A DNA stretch of 64,000 bases from Chloroflexota bacterium (GTDB lineage: Bacteria > Chloroflexota > UBA11872 > VXOZ01), in NCBI GenBank assembly GCA_965208315.1, contig OZ242329.1:630913-694912 (forward strand), given 5' to 3'. Both the position numbers and the translations under genes were made by a program. Of the stretch, positions 40,380 through 50,284 are shown piece after piece. The notes under the pieces are model-generated. The model worked only from the letters and a program-made list of their open reading frames with translations, was not told the origin of the DNA and searched no databases. The number at the start of each line of letters is the position of its first letter. Position 1 is the first letter of the stretch.

Positions 40380-41831
40380 ATGGAGACACGCGAACTCGTC
40401 GGGCGATTGCAGGCAGTTGTCGGCGCGGAGCATGTTGTCTATCTGCCTGAAGACCTCATCGTCTTTGAGCGTGACGCCTCCATCGACGCGCAACTGCCCG
40501 CGGCCGTCGTCTTCCCGCGCACCACAGCCGAAGTCAGCGAAATCTTGGCGGTAGCCGGCGAACTGAAGGTACCAGTAGTGCCGAAAGGAGCCGGCACGGG
40601 CCTCTCCGGCGGCGCGGTGCCGGAAGAAAACGGCATCTTGCTCTCTGTCAGCCGGATGCGGGATATTCTCGAAATCGACGAGGAAAACCGCACTGCGCTG
40701 GTTGAGCCCGGCGTCGTAAATCTTGAGCTTTCCAGCGAAGTAAAGCACCTGGGTCTCTACTACGCCCCCGATCCATCGAGCCAGTATGCGTGTACGCTTG
40801 GCGGCAACGTCGCCGAGAACTCCGGTGGCGCTCACTGTCTGCGCTACGGCTGCACCATCAATCATGTCCTTGGGCTGGAGGTGGTCTTTCCCGGTGGCGA
40901 AGTGGCGTGGATTGGCGGCAAAGCCCCGGATGCACCGGGCTACGACCTGATGAGTGCGATTATCGGCTCTGAAGGCACCATGGGCGTGGTTACGAAGATT
41001 CTGGTTAAGCTCCTGCCGATTCCGGAGGCAGTTGAAACCTATCTTGCAATCTTCGAGAGTGTGCCGGACGCCTGTGAGGCGGTGTCTTCCATTATCGGCA
41101 ACGGCATCATCCCCGCTGCGCTTGAGATCATGGATCAGGTCGTCACCCGGGCCATAGAGGAAGCCCATCACGTCGGCTATCCTTACGACGCCGGTGGTGT
41201 GCTCATAATTGAAATCGACGGCATGCAGGAAGAACTCGATGAGCAGCGGGAGGCGATTCTGAGTCTCTGCCGCGAAGCGCGCGCCCGCGAAATCAGGGTG
41301 GCGCAGACGGCTGCCGAGCGGGAGATCGTTTGGAAGGGACGCAAGGGTGCTATTGGCGCACTCGGCCGGCTGGCGCCGAACTACTACATCCAGGACTGCG
41401 TGGTGCCCCGTACCAAACTGCCGGAGATCATGCGCTTTGTCGAGGATGTTGCCGAGCGTCATGACATAATCATCGCCAACGTCTTCCACGCCGGTGACGG
41501 CAATCTGCATCCCAATCTGCTCTTCGATGTGCGCGATAGCGACCAGGTGCGGCGTGTGATCACCGCGGGAGAAGAGATCATTAGCGCCTGCATCGACGCC
41601 GGCGGCTCGCTCTCGGGAGAACATGGCATCGGCACGGAGAAGCAAGAGTACATGGACTGGCTTTACAGCGAAGAGGATTTGGAAGCCATGCGCAAGCTCA
41701 AGCGCGCTTTCGATCCCGACTGGCTCTTCAATCCCACGAAGGTGTTCCCCACCGGCGAAGGGCCGCATGCGGCGAAAATCCACATTGGCAAGGCCCCGGT
41801 CCACGCAACGGCTGCTGCGGTCTGGAAGTAG
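40380..41831 (+). CDS. glcD: Glycolate/lactate oxidase FAD-linked subunit GlcD
   Basis: GAGTGLSGG, APDPSSQ, GGNVAENSGG, HAGDGNLHP and SGEHGIG motifs. Confidence 0.9.
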   Translation: METRELVGRLQAVVGAEHVVYLPEDLIVFERDASIDAQLPAAVVFPRTTAEVSEILAVAGELKVPVVPKGAGTGLSGGAVPEENGILLSVSRMRDILEIDEENRTALVEPGVVNLELSSEVKHLGLYYAPDPSSQYACTLGGNVAENSGGAHCLRYGCTINHVLGLEVVFPGGEVAWIGGKAPDAPGYDLMSAIIGSEGTMGVVTKILVKLLPIPEAVETYLAIFESVPDACEAVSSIIGNGIIPAALEIMDQVVTRAIEEAHHVGYPYDAGGVLIIEIDGMQEELDEQREAILSLCREARAREIRVAQTAAEREIVWKGRKGAIGALGRLAPNYYIQDCVVPRTKLPEIMRFVEDVAERHDIIIANVFHAGDGNLHPNLLFDVRDSDQVRRVITAGEEIISACIDAGGSLSGEHGIGTEKQEYMDWLYSEEDLEAMRKLKRAFDPDWLFNPTKVFPTGEGPHAAKIHIGKAPVHATAAAVWK

Positions 41832-41845
41832 GATGCAATTACGCC

Positions 41846-43186
41846 TTGCTGACTGAGACCCTCCACACCCAGCTTGCGCAAATTGCCTCACATGAGGCGA
41901 TTACTAAAGAGACTCCTACTATTGACGGCAAGCAACCGACGCTGGGTGTTGCGCCGAAATCAGTTGCTGAACTGACTGCCGTCGTTGGCGAGCTGAACCG
42001 AACTGAGGCTGCAACTATTCTTGTCGGCGGCGGCACGATGCTTGGCCTAGGCGCGCCCCCGCGGGCTGCGGAGGTGGCGCTTTGCACAGGCAATCTCAGT
42101 GCAATTTCCGGATACCAGCCCGCCGACCTCATCGTAACCGCGGAGGCGGGTGTGACCGTGGCTGCTCTTCAGGAGACGCTACGCGAACACGATCAGATGC
42201 TGCCACTCGAGGTGCCGCTGCCCGACCGGGCCACGATTGGGGGAGCAGTGGCGGCAAATGCGTGCGGGCCGTTACGCTATACGTTCGGAACTGCAAAGGA
42301 CTTGGTGATGGGGATGCAATTCGTCCAAGGGGACGGCACCCTCGTCAAAAGCGGCGGGGAGGTCGTCAAGAACGTGGCCGGGTTCGGTCTTCACAAACTG
42401 CACGTCGGCGCTCTTGGCACGTTGGGAGTGATTGCCACGGCAACGTTCAAGGTATATCCCCTGCCCAAGGCGGACCAGACCCTCGTGTTCACGTTTCCTG
42501 ACAGCGAGGCGGCCTTTGCGGCAGCCGCCGCTATGCGCACACATCAGCCTGCGGCGGCAGTAGTCGGCAATGCGTTTGCGCAGCAGTGTTTGTTTAGCGC
42601 AGTGCGCGGCGCCTACGTGTTGTTTGTCCGTTTCATGGGTGAGCAAGGTGCCGTCAGCCGACAAGTGCGCGATGCTCAAGCGGCGGGAGTTGCAGCGGGG
42701 GCGACCGCTGCGGAAGTTGTCGTGGAAGCAGATAGTGAGGCGCTGTGGCAACAGTGCGTGGACGTTGGGGCACAAGGTGCTCCTGCCGACATCTTGTTCC
42801 AGGCAAACACGGTGCCAACGGAATTGCGGCATGTCTATGCGGATTTGGTGCGTGCCGCGGAACCACTGCAGGGCAAGGCGGGTTTAATTGCTGATACTCT
42901 CAATGGATCCTTGAAGTGCGGAATTCTCCCGGCGAGCGAGCAGGAGCAAGAAACACATGATCAAAATTCGGCTTCGGCTGAGCTCCTCAGCTTCTTGCAA
43001 TACGCCCGCGCCGTGAGCCAGGAACATGGGGGCAGCCTCGTGCTGCAGCGGGGCTCGCCGGCTCTGAAGACTGCCTTTGATGTCTGGGGTCCGAGCCCGC
43101 AAGGCATGAGCATCATGCAAAATTTGAAACAAACCTTCGATCCCCACTACATCCTTAATCCAGGTCGATTTGTCGGCGACATTTAG
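41846..43186 (+). CDS. glcE: Glycolate oxidase FAD-binding subunit GlcE
   Basis: ATIGG, GGEVVKNVAGF, GTLG and FDP..ILNPGR motifs; sits between glcD and glcF. Confidence 0.88.
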   Translation: MLTETLHTQLAQIASHEAITKETPTIDGKQPTLGVAPKSVAELTAVVGELNRTEAATILVGGGTMLGLGAPPRAAEVALCTGNLSAISGYQPADLIVTAEAGVTVAALQETLREHDQMLPLEVPLPDRATIGGAVAANACGPLRYTFGTAKDLVMGMQFVQGDGTLVKSGGEVVKNVAGFGLHKLHVGALGTLGVIATATFKVYPLPKADQTLVFTFPDSEAAFAAAAAMRTHQPAAAVVGNAFAQQCLFSAVRGAYVLFVRFMGEQGAVSRQVRDAQAAGVAAGATAAEVVVEADSEALWQQCVDVGAQGAPADILFQANTVPTELRHVYADLVRAAEPLQGKAGLIADTLNGSLKCGILPASEQEQETHDQNSASAELLSFLQYARAVSQEHGGSLVLQRGSPALKTAFDVWGPSPQGMSIMQNLKQTFDPHYILNPGRFVGDI

Positions 43187-43222
43187 TAGCAGCCTATTCT
43201 TACCCGAGCGAGCAGCGTAAGC

Positions 43223-44590
43223 GTGAAAACCGATGTCGGTCAGCCGGGTCTTGTAATACCGGATAACGATAGCGAACGGGTGCGCTTTGAGGGTCTTACC
43301 GATGAAGACTTGGCCCAATGCGTCCATTGCGGCCTATGCCTTAACGCGTGCCCCACGTACCGTGAAACCGGCCTGGAGATGGAGAGTCCGCGCGGCCGCA
43401 TCTACCTCGTCAAGGCCGCCAAGGAAGAGCGCATTCCCATCAATGAGACCTTCCTGAAGCACATCTTTCTCTGTCTTGACTGCCGGGCATGTGAGACTGC
43501 ATGCCCATCGGGAGTGCAATATGGCAAGATCATCGAGGCGGCACGCGGCGAGGCCACTCTCGTAAAGCCGGGCGGTACGATTCCGCGCTCGCTGCGCTGG
43601 CTGGTGTTCAAGCAACTCTTTCCGTATCCGCGCCGCCTGAACGTGCTAGCCAACCTTCTCCGTTTCTACCAGTTTTTCGGTGTACAGTCGCTTGTGCGGC
43701 GCAGCGGCATCCTGAGGCTTTTCGGTAAGCTTCTTGAAGAAGCTGAGACGCTGCTGCCCAAGCTATCTGACGAGTTCTATGCCCCCCCGAAGGTGGAAAT
43801 TGTGCCCGCGCGGGGTGAAACGAAACACCGCGTGGGTTTCGTAACCGGCTGCATCATGCCGTACTTCTTCGGTGAGACGAACCGGGCGACGGTCAATGTG
43901 CTCACGCGCAACGGGTGTGAGGTCGTTATACCCAAGAGTCAGCGGTGCTGCGGCGCGCTCAGCACGCATGCCGGCGCCCGCGAGACGTCGAAAGACCTTG
44001 CCCGCCAGAACATCGACGCTTTTGAACCCTACGACCTGGACGTCATCATCAGCAACGCCGCCGGGTGCGGTACCGCATTGAAAGAATACGATGTCTTACT
44101 GGAGAGTGATCCAAACTACGCGGCTCGCGCGCATGCTTTCTCAGAGAAAGTGCAGGACATCAGCGAGTTCCTGGCTGAAATCGAGGTGGATACGTCGTTT
44201 GGGACCGTCGCAAAGCGTGTGACCTATCAGGATGCCTGCCACCTTGCCCACGGACAGCGCGTGCGCGCGCAGCCGCGGGCCTTACTCCAGGCAATTCCGG
44301 GGCTCGAATTTGTAGAGATGAAGAATTCCGATCACTGCTGCGGCAGCGCAGGTGTCTATAACATCGTGCAGGCCGATATGGCGCAGCGCGTCGTAGCCCC
44401 AAAAGTTAAGAACATTGAAAACACCTCAGCGGACCTGGTCGTTGTTGGCAATCCCGGCTGCATGTTGCAAATGGATAACGCCCTGGCTGCCGGTGGCGTT
44501 TCCACCCGGTCGATTCATACGATGGAGTTGCTGGAAGAAGCCTACCAGGCGGCTGAAATGAATGGAAACGGTGCTGACGGGAAGGAATAA
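43223..44590 (+). CDS. glcF: Glycolate oxidase iron-sulfur subunit GlcF
   Basis: CVHCGLCLNACPTY, CLDCRACETACPSGV and two CCG domains. Confidence 0.92.
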   Translation: MKTDVGQPGLVIPDNDSERVRFEGLTDEDLAQCVHCGLCLNACPTYRETGLEMESPRGRIYLVKAAKEERIPINETFLKHIFLCLDCRACETACPSGVQYGKIIEAARGEATLVKPGGTIPRSLRWLVFKQLFPYPRRLNVLANLLRFYQFFGVQSLVRRSGILRLFGKLLEEAETLLPKLSDEFYAPPKVEIVPARGETKHRVGFVTGCIMPYFFGETNRATVNVLTRNGCEVVIPKSQRCCGALSTHAGARETSKDLARQNIDAFEPYDLDVIISNAAGCGTALKEYDVLLESDPNYAARAHAFSEKVQDISEFLAEIEVDTSFGTVAKRVTYQDACHLAHGQRVRAQPRALLQAIPGLEFVEMKNSDHCCGSAGVYNIVQADMAQRVVAPKVKNIENTSADLVVVGNPGCMLQMDNALAAGGVSTRSIHTMELLEEAYQAAEMNGNGADGKE

Positions 44591-44708
44591 GGCATTGTGC
44601 GGGGGGCACGCGCAATTGAGGGATGCTCTTGTCGTTGTGACGATGAGGGACAGTGAGGCTACAACTATCCGTGAAGGATGACATGACTGAAGGAAGGAGT
44701 CCGGTGAG

Positions 44709-45728
44709 ATGGCTGATAATGGCGTGAAGGATCTCACGATCATTGGTGGAGGGCCCACGGGCTTATTTGGGCTATTCTATGCTGGTGTGCGGCATCTCGA
44801 CACGCAGCTTGTGGAAGCGATGGATGAAATTGGCGGCGCCCTGCAAGCGCTCTATGCAGAAAAATATGTCTATGACATGGCTGGATTTCCCGCGATCCTC
44901 GCCAAAGATCTAGTGGCGGCAATGCACGAGCAAGCTGACCAGTGGAAGTATCCGATTCACCTTTCGCAAAAGATACTCGACTTTGACGAACAAGACGGCA
45001 TCTACGTGCTCCGATCGCAGAGCGGTGAAGAGTTTAAGAGCAAGACTGTGCTTATCGCCAATGGCAATGGCGCCTTTGCGCCGCGCAAACTGAGGCTTGA
45101 AGGCGTTGAGCCATTTGAAGATTCGCAGATATTCTATACCGTCAAGAATATGGACCTCTTCCGTGACAAGCGTGTGCTGGTCATCGGCGGCGGGGACTCA
45201 GCGCTGGACTGGGCGCTTGCGCTTGAGAAAGAGGCCAAGATGGTTACGCTCATCCACCGCCTTCCGGTGTGGCAAGCACACGAGGCGACGGTCCGCCAAT
45301 TGATCATGTCGGAAGTTGACGTGCACTTTCCGCGGCACGAGGCCAACCAATTGCACGTCAACAACGGAACGCTTACGGGCGTTACCATCATCAATCTCCA
45401 GTCGAAAGAGACCTTCGATATCGAGGTAGACGTCATACTGATCTGCATTGGCTTTTTGATGGATACAACGGTCATCCGTAAGTGGGGAGTCGAGCTTGAA
45501 GGCAAGAAGGGCATTAAGGTCAATCCTGCGACAATGGAAACCAGCCGGCCCGGTGTCTACGCGGCTGGCGACATTGCCGCCTATGAAGGGAAGATAAACC
45601 TGATTGCCTGTGGGGCCTCCGAAGCGGGAATGGCAGTGAATCAGGCGGTACGGTATATTAACCCCGAAGCGCGGCTGGCTCCGGGTCACAGCAGCGATAT
45701 GGACATATTCACCAAACGGGATAAATAG
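44709..45728 (+). CDS. Thioredoxin-reductase-fold ferredoxin--NAD(P)+ reductase (YumC-like)
   Basis: GGGPTG, LYAEKYVYDMAGF, GGGDSA, AAGD and C-terminal PGHSS; no CxxC. Confidence 0.88.
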   Translation: MADNGVKDLTIIGGGPTGLFGLFYAGVRHLDTQLVEAMDEIGGALQALYAEKYVYDMAGFPAILAKDLVAAMHEQADQWKYPIHLSQKILDFDEQDGIYVLRSQSGEEFKSKTVLIANGNGAFAPRKLRLEGVEPFEDSQIFYTVKNMDLFRDKRVLVIGGGDSALDWALALEKEAKMVTLIHRLPVWQAHEATVRQLIMSEVDVHFPRHEANQLHVNNGTLTGVTIINLQSKETFDIEVDVILICIGFLMDTTVIRKWGVELEGKKGIKVNPATMETSRPGVYAAGDIAAYEGKINLIACGASEAGMAVNQAVRYINPEARLAPGHSSDMDIFTKRDK

Positions 45729-45771
45729 GGTTCATAGCAGCCGAATTCGTAACCACAGCGGAGGAACGGCA

Positions 45772-46260
45772 TTGGCCAGGCAAACGAGTGAAGTAGAGAG
45801 CGTTGACGCCCCCAAGTACGCGGCCTTGTCTCGCGACATAGAGGAATGTAAGCGCGAACCGGGTACGACTCTCGACATGCTGCACGCTGTCCAGCGCCAC
45901 TTCGGCTACCTGGAGCCCCAGGCGGTGGGAATGGTGGCAGAGGCGCTCGGACTGACGAAAGCGCAGCTCTACGGTGTCGCGACGTTCTATACGATGTTCT
46001 TCTTTGAACCGAAGCCGCCCGTGATCGCTCGTGTCTGCGTAAACCTCTCATGCCACCTGCGAGGCGCGCAGGAAATACTCCACACGTTGGAAGAGGCGGC
46101 TAAGGAACAGCACGATGCATTCGAAGTCGAAGAGGTGATGTGCTTAGGACTCTGCGAGCAGGCGCCGGCGCTTCTGGTCAATGAAGAGGCCGTCGGGCAA
46201 GTCTCTGCAGAGGAAGCGCTTGAAAAGGTACAAGCCAGCGTGGCAGGTAGTAGCAGCTAA
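45772..46260 (+). CDS. NuoE-like [2Fe-2S] subunit
   Basis: VATFYTMF, CVNLSC...CLGLC. Confidence 0.88.
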   Translation: MARQTSEVESVDAPKYAALSRDIEECKREPGTTLDMLHAVQRHFGYLEPQAVGMVAEALGLTKAQLYGVATFYTMFFFEPKPPVIARVCVNLSCHLRGAQEILHTLEEAAKEQHDAFEVEEVMCLGLCEQAPALLVNEEAVGQVSAEEALEKVQASVAGSSS

Positions 46261-46305
46261 GGCTACCGCACACATATGACCCGCCGATCGCGAGGAACGT
46301 AGGGC

Positions 46306-47661
46306 ATGGAACAAATCTGTCTGCGGCGCATACATAACGAAAACTCGCAAGACATCGAGTCATATCTGGCCCACGACGGCTATGCGGCCCTGCGCAAGGC
46401 CCTGACGGAAATGACTCCCGAAGCAGTGCACGAAGAAGTGCGGGCGTCAAATATGGGCGGTCGCGGCGGTGCGGGCTTTCCCACCGCCATGAAGTGGAAC
46501 TTCTTGGTGGGGGCCCGTGGACAGCCCAAATACGTGCTCTGCAATTTCGATGAAAGTGAACCCGGTACCTTCTCCAATCGCATCATTGGCGAGGAAGACC
46601 CCCATCTCCTCGTGGAAGGCTGCTTGTTAGCTGCGTACGCCACCGGATGTTCAATCATTTTCATCTACATTCGCGGTGAGTACTTCTTGGCCTACGAACG
46701 GGTGAAGCGCGCCATCGAGCAGGCCTACGCGCGCGGGTTGATTGGCAAGAACATACTCGGCACCGACTTCTCCGTGGAAATGCACCTGCGGCGCGGGGCC
46801 GGGGCGTACATCTGCGGAGAAGAGACCGCCATCATGAATTCTCTGGAAGGCAAGCGCGGCTACCCTCGCGCGCGGCCGCCTTTCCCGGCCAACGAAGGAC
46901 TGTTCGGCAAACCGACTCTCATCAACAACGTGGAGACGCTCTCGAACCTGCCTGATATCGTCCGCAATGGCGGTGAGTGGTGGAGCAACTTAGGGGTCAA
47001 TGAGGGAGCAGGCTTGAATATCTACTGCCTCTCCGGTCACGTGGAGCGCCCCGGCGCCTACGAACTGCCCATGGGCACCACCGCGCGTGAGCTGATTTAC
47101 GAGCACGGTGGAGGGGTCTGGCAAGGCCGGGAACTCAAGGCTTGGAAACCCGGTGGGGCCTCTAGCGCAATTTTGCCAGCGGACATGATTGATCTTGTGC
47201 TCGACTTCAAACCCGTGCAGGCCGCGGGCACGATTTTGGGAACTGCGGGTGTCATCGTGATGGACGACCGGACCTGTGTCGTTGACGCGGCGATTCGGGA
47301 CGCGACGTTCTTTGAAGAAGAATCATGCGGTTTCTGCTTCCCGTGCCGCGACGGCACACGCGTTTTGCGCATGTTGCTTGACCGTGTACGCCACGGCGTG
47401 GCCACCCCGGACACTATGGATCTCATCGAACATGCTTCTAGCGACATGATGGACGCCTCGTTCTGCGGCCTCGGCCAGTTCGCTCCGTGGCCGGTGGTGA
47501 GCACCGTGCGCAACTTCCGCAGAGAGTATGAGTCCCACATACTTGAGAGAGTGTGCCCGGCCGGCGTCTGCCCCATGGATGGCGTAGAGCCCAACGAGCA
47601 CGTCGACCGCCGTACCTTGCAAGAGATGCTTGTGGCGCAAAAGGGCGGGGCTTTGGCCTAA
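46306..47661 (+). CDS. NuoF-like FMN/NADH-binding subunit
   Basis: GRGGAGFP, DESEPGTF, GAGAYICGEETA, NNVET, ESCGFCFPCRDG and FCGLG motifs. Confidence 0.92.
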   Translation: MEQICLRRIHNENSQDIESYLAHDGYAALRKALTEMTPEAVHEEVRASNMGGRGGAGFPTAMKWNFLVGARGQPKYVLCNFDESEPGTFSNRIIGEEDPHLLVEGCLLAAYATGCSIIFIYIRGEYFLAYERVKRAIEQAYARGLIGKNILGTDFSVEMHLRRGAGAYICGEETAIMNSLEGKRGYPRARPPFPANEGLFGKPTLINNVETLSNLPDIVRNGGEWWSNLGVNEGAGLNIYCLSGHVERPGAYELPMGTTARELIYEHGGGVWQGRELKAWKPGGASSAILPADMIDLVLDFKPVQAAGTILGTAGVIVMDDRTCVVDAAIRDATFFEEESCGFCFPCRDGTRVLRMLLDRVRHGVATPDTMDLIEHASSDMMDASFCGLGQFAPWPVVSTVRNFRREYESHILERVCPAGVCPMDGVEPNEHVDRRTLQEMLVAQKGGALA

Positions 47662-47878
47662 GGCTGGAAGGCGAGAATAGGCTGCCGGGTTAGGGACCCA
47701 ACAATCAGAGCGTTTCTAAGCGATTCCTGCCAGACTTTTCTTCAATTGGGTTTGAACCCTCTCAGCCTTGCTTTTCCTTTGCCGTGACTTCTCGGCGGCG
47801 GCAAGGCCAGTGCTCGCCAGTTCATCGCTTGCGGTATCTTGCGAAAGTCCTTGCACGCTAGGTTCTGTGGACATTCAA

Positions 47879-48097
47879 TGTCATTCCGAGCGCAAGCGTC
47901 GAACAGTGTTCGCGGAATCTCAAGCGTTTGTGCAGGATTCTCTCGCGCTTTGCCCCGCAAAGTGACAGTATGATCGGATTGACAATGATACTACTTGCTT
48001 ATTTGGTTTCTTACTACCTGGTGTAGCGACGCAGTTTGGGCCGCATGAAGATGGATTCTGCGCCCCCGCACGGGGGCGAGCTTGCGCGGGAATGACG
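47879..48097. repeat. REP-like palindromes, family 2 (GTCATTCC...GGAATC / GGATTC...GGGAATGACG)
   Basis: TGTCATTCCGAGCG...GCGGAATCT near 47879-47920 and GGATTCTGCG...CGCGGGAATGACG near 48053-48097, between convergent genes. Confidence 0.65.
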
Positions 48098-48115
48098 GCA
48101 AAATGTCCACACAGC

Positions 48116-49372
48116 CTAGTTCCCCGTGTAGACTTTCGGCACCTTTAGGATGATTGCCGCGCTCAGCGCAAAGAACCCCGCCATCATGATGAATACGGCA
48201 GAATAGCCCAGCAGCGGTTGTATCCTGTTGAAGGTGTCCAGCACAACGCCCGCACTCAGGCTGGCAAGCGCGTCACCGCCGCCTGTAGCAAGGTTCGTCA
48301 GTCCCATGTAGAGCCCGGGTGCTCTCGGATCGGGAATAAGATCGATTGCCAACGCCCAATCCGAGGCAACGAAGAGGCCCACCGCCGTTCCCAGGATTGC
48401 AAAGGCAACGAGGAGCATAGGGAGATTCGCCGTAAAGAGCAAGACCCCGGATGCGATCACCCCGATGCTGCAAGCGGCAAACACCAGCTTTCGTCTGTCA
48501 GTCCTGTCCGACATCCAGCCCGCCGGCACCGTTACTAAGGCCGCCATTACGATGAGCACCGCAAGCGCCATGGTTACGTAGAGTCCTTCGTTTTCATCCA
48601 TTCCTAAGCGCTCTCGTATGAAGTAGAGCAGGATCTGGTCTGCCGCAAGCAATCCCATGAAGAAGAACAACCGAGAGAGGAGTATCCAGGCAAAGCCGGG
48701 CCTTGTGCGCAACTCTGCAAGGCGCGTGCGAAACTCGCTGAAAACTCCCGCGAATTCCGGCTTTTCCGCCAGCGGCTCCTCGCGGATTGTGAGGGCGGAG
48801 ACCACCGCCACAAACACGAGAACGCCGGCAGCGGCAAAGAGGTAATGGCCGGGTTGCCCGCGATCCAGGAATTGCCCTGCAACGAGCGCGCCGAGTAAGA
48901 CTCCAACTTGATTGGCGAGGCCGAAGAACCCAGAGGCTCGGCCCCGCTGATTCGGTGACACCAGATCGGGAATGATGCCCTGGTAGGGACCATGCGCGGA
49001 ATTGGAAGAAACTTGCAGCAGGATCACCGCTGCGAAGAGCAGGGCATAGGTGCTGACACCCGCCATGAGCAGCAGAAAGAGGGCGCTCGCAAGCGAGCCC
49101 AAGAGCATGAAGGGCCTGCGGCGGCCCCACCGTGCGGTTGTGTGGTCGCTTACCGCTCCCATTACCGGCTGGACCACGATGGCGACAACGAGGCCAACGG
49201 AAACCAAGAGGCCGAGATAGGTGCCCTTGTGCGCCGATCCTACCAGCGTTTCCACCCGGTCTGGCAAGTAGACAACATTCAGACCCGCCCAAACGGTAGA
49301 GAGCCCAAGCCAAAACAGGCTGATCCGGGCAAGAAATGGGATTGAAACGCGCTGCTTCGTCTCCTGCGCCAT
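48116..49372 (-). CDS. MFS transporter
   Basis: About 12 hydrophobic segments; GAVSD...WGRRRPF and GWMSDRTDRRK loop motifs. Confidence 0.9.
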   Translation of the reverse strand: MAQETKQRVSIPFLARISLFWLGLSTVWAGLNVVYLPDRVETLVGSAHKGTYLGLLVSVGLVVAIVVQPVMGAVSDHTTARWGRRRPFMLLGSLASALFLLLMAGVSTYALLFAAVILLQVSSNSAHGPYQGIIPDLVSPNQRGRASGFFGLANQVGVLLGALVAGQFLDRGQPGHYLFAAAGVLVFVAVVSALTIREEPLAEKPEFAGVFSEFRTRLAELRTRPGFAWILLSRLFFFMGLLAADQILLYFIRERLGMDENEGLYVTMALAVLIVMAALVTVPAGWMSDRTDRRKLVFAACSIGVIASGVLLFTANLPMLLVAFAILGTAVGLFVASDWALAIDLIPDPRAPGLYMGLTNLATGGGDALASLSAGVVLDTFNRIQPLLGYSAVFIMMAGFFALSAAIILKVPKVYTGN

Positions 49373-49485
49373 AGCGCTCCTCCTTCGAGGTCTAGGGTAC
49401 CTGACCTGGAATTGATAATGTGCCGGTTGCTGTCACCCGGTAGCTTACGCTCGCCGCTCGTCAACGCTCGGAAAGCAGCATTTCA

Positions 49486-50142
49486 TCACCTGTCACCGGC
49501 CGAGCCGGAGGTCTGTTTCTCTGACTGCTCCCGCTGATCTTGCAACAGCCGCCCACCCCTATAGAAAAGATAACAGGCGCCAATCTGTATGAGATGATAC
49601 AAGTCATTGTGGTTGAAGTGGCGATGAAGCGTGACTTTGCGGATCTGCACCAGAGCGGCAGCGATTGAGACAAAGACGCCTCCCAGAATAAAGCGTGAGT
49701 GGGAGGCGCCGCTGCGCCGCGCTTCCGGGCCATGGAAAGCGATGATGCCTGCCATGGCTGAAGCGTAATCGATGATTACGTAGAGGAATCTATCATGCGA
49801 TGTCATCCATGCGCAGTAGGCCAGCAGTTTCGCCAGGATGCCCATGAGGAGCTTGCCCTTCAGCGGTCGCGTCGTGCACGCAAGCGCGGTGCTCGCGAAC
49901 ATGCTTGCGCTCGTTAGGCCCGTTGCCAGGGTTGTCCCCTTCCAAAGCTTGCGCCGCGTCGGCGGTGACTGATCGCCTACGGCATGCGAGATGCCGCCGA
50001 GGATTGCCGCCATGGCTGCCGCAAGGAAGCCTACGCCCCAAAGTATCTGGGAGTATTGCCGCTGCGCGCAGCCTTGGCGAAACAGGGCGGCGCCCCACCG
50101 CGCGTTGCAGATACCGAGCGCAAGGTCGGTTAAGACGGTCAT
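49486..50142 (-). CDS. Hypothetical membrane protein (DUF6962-like)
   Basis: MTVLTD start, several hydrophobic segments, HFNHNDLYHLIQ. Confidence 0.7.
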   Translation of the reverse strand: MTVLTDLALGICNARWGAALFRQGCAQRQYSQILWGVGFLAAAMAAILGGISHAVGDQSPPTRRKLWKGTTLATGLTSASMFASTALACTTRPLKGKLLMGILAKLLAYCAWMTSHDRFLYVIIDYASAMAGIIAFHGPEARRSGASHSRFILGGVFVSIAAALVQIRKVTLHRHFNHNDLYHLIQIGACYLFYRGGRLLQDQREQSEKQTSGSAGDR

Positions 50143-50284
50143 GGGTTCGTGGATTTTGATGGGTTGCTTCTCCTTGGAGTGGGTGTTCGCAGAGGACTAA
50201 GCAACACTCTCATTAGGTGCAGGGGGCAGAAACAAACACTCCAGATAGCGTCCCCTCCATTCACTTCCCACGCTGTTACCTAGC

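Noticed and set aside
40041-41891. 616-aa ORF antisense to glcD
   Set aside because: No recognisable motifs; a shadow frame of a GC-rich gene whose sense product is clearly GlcD.
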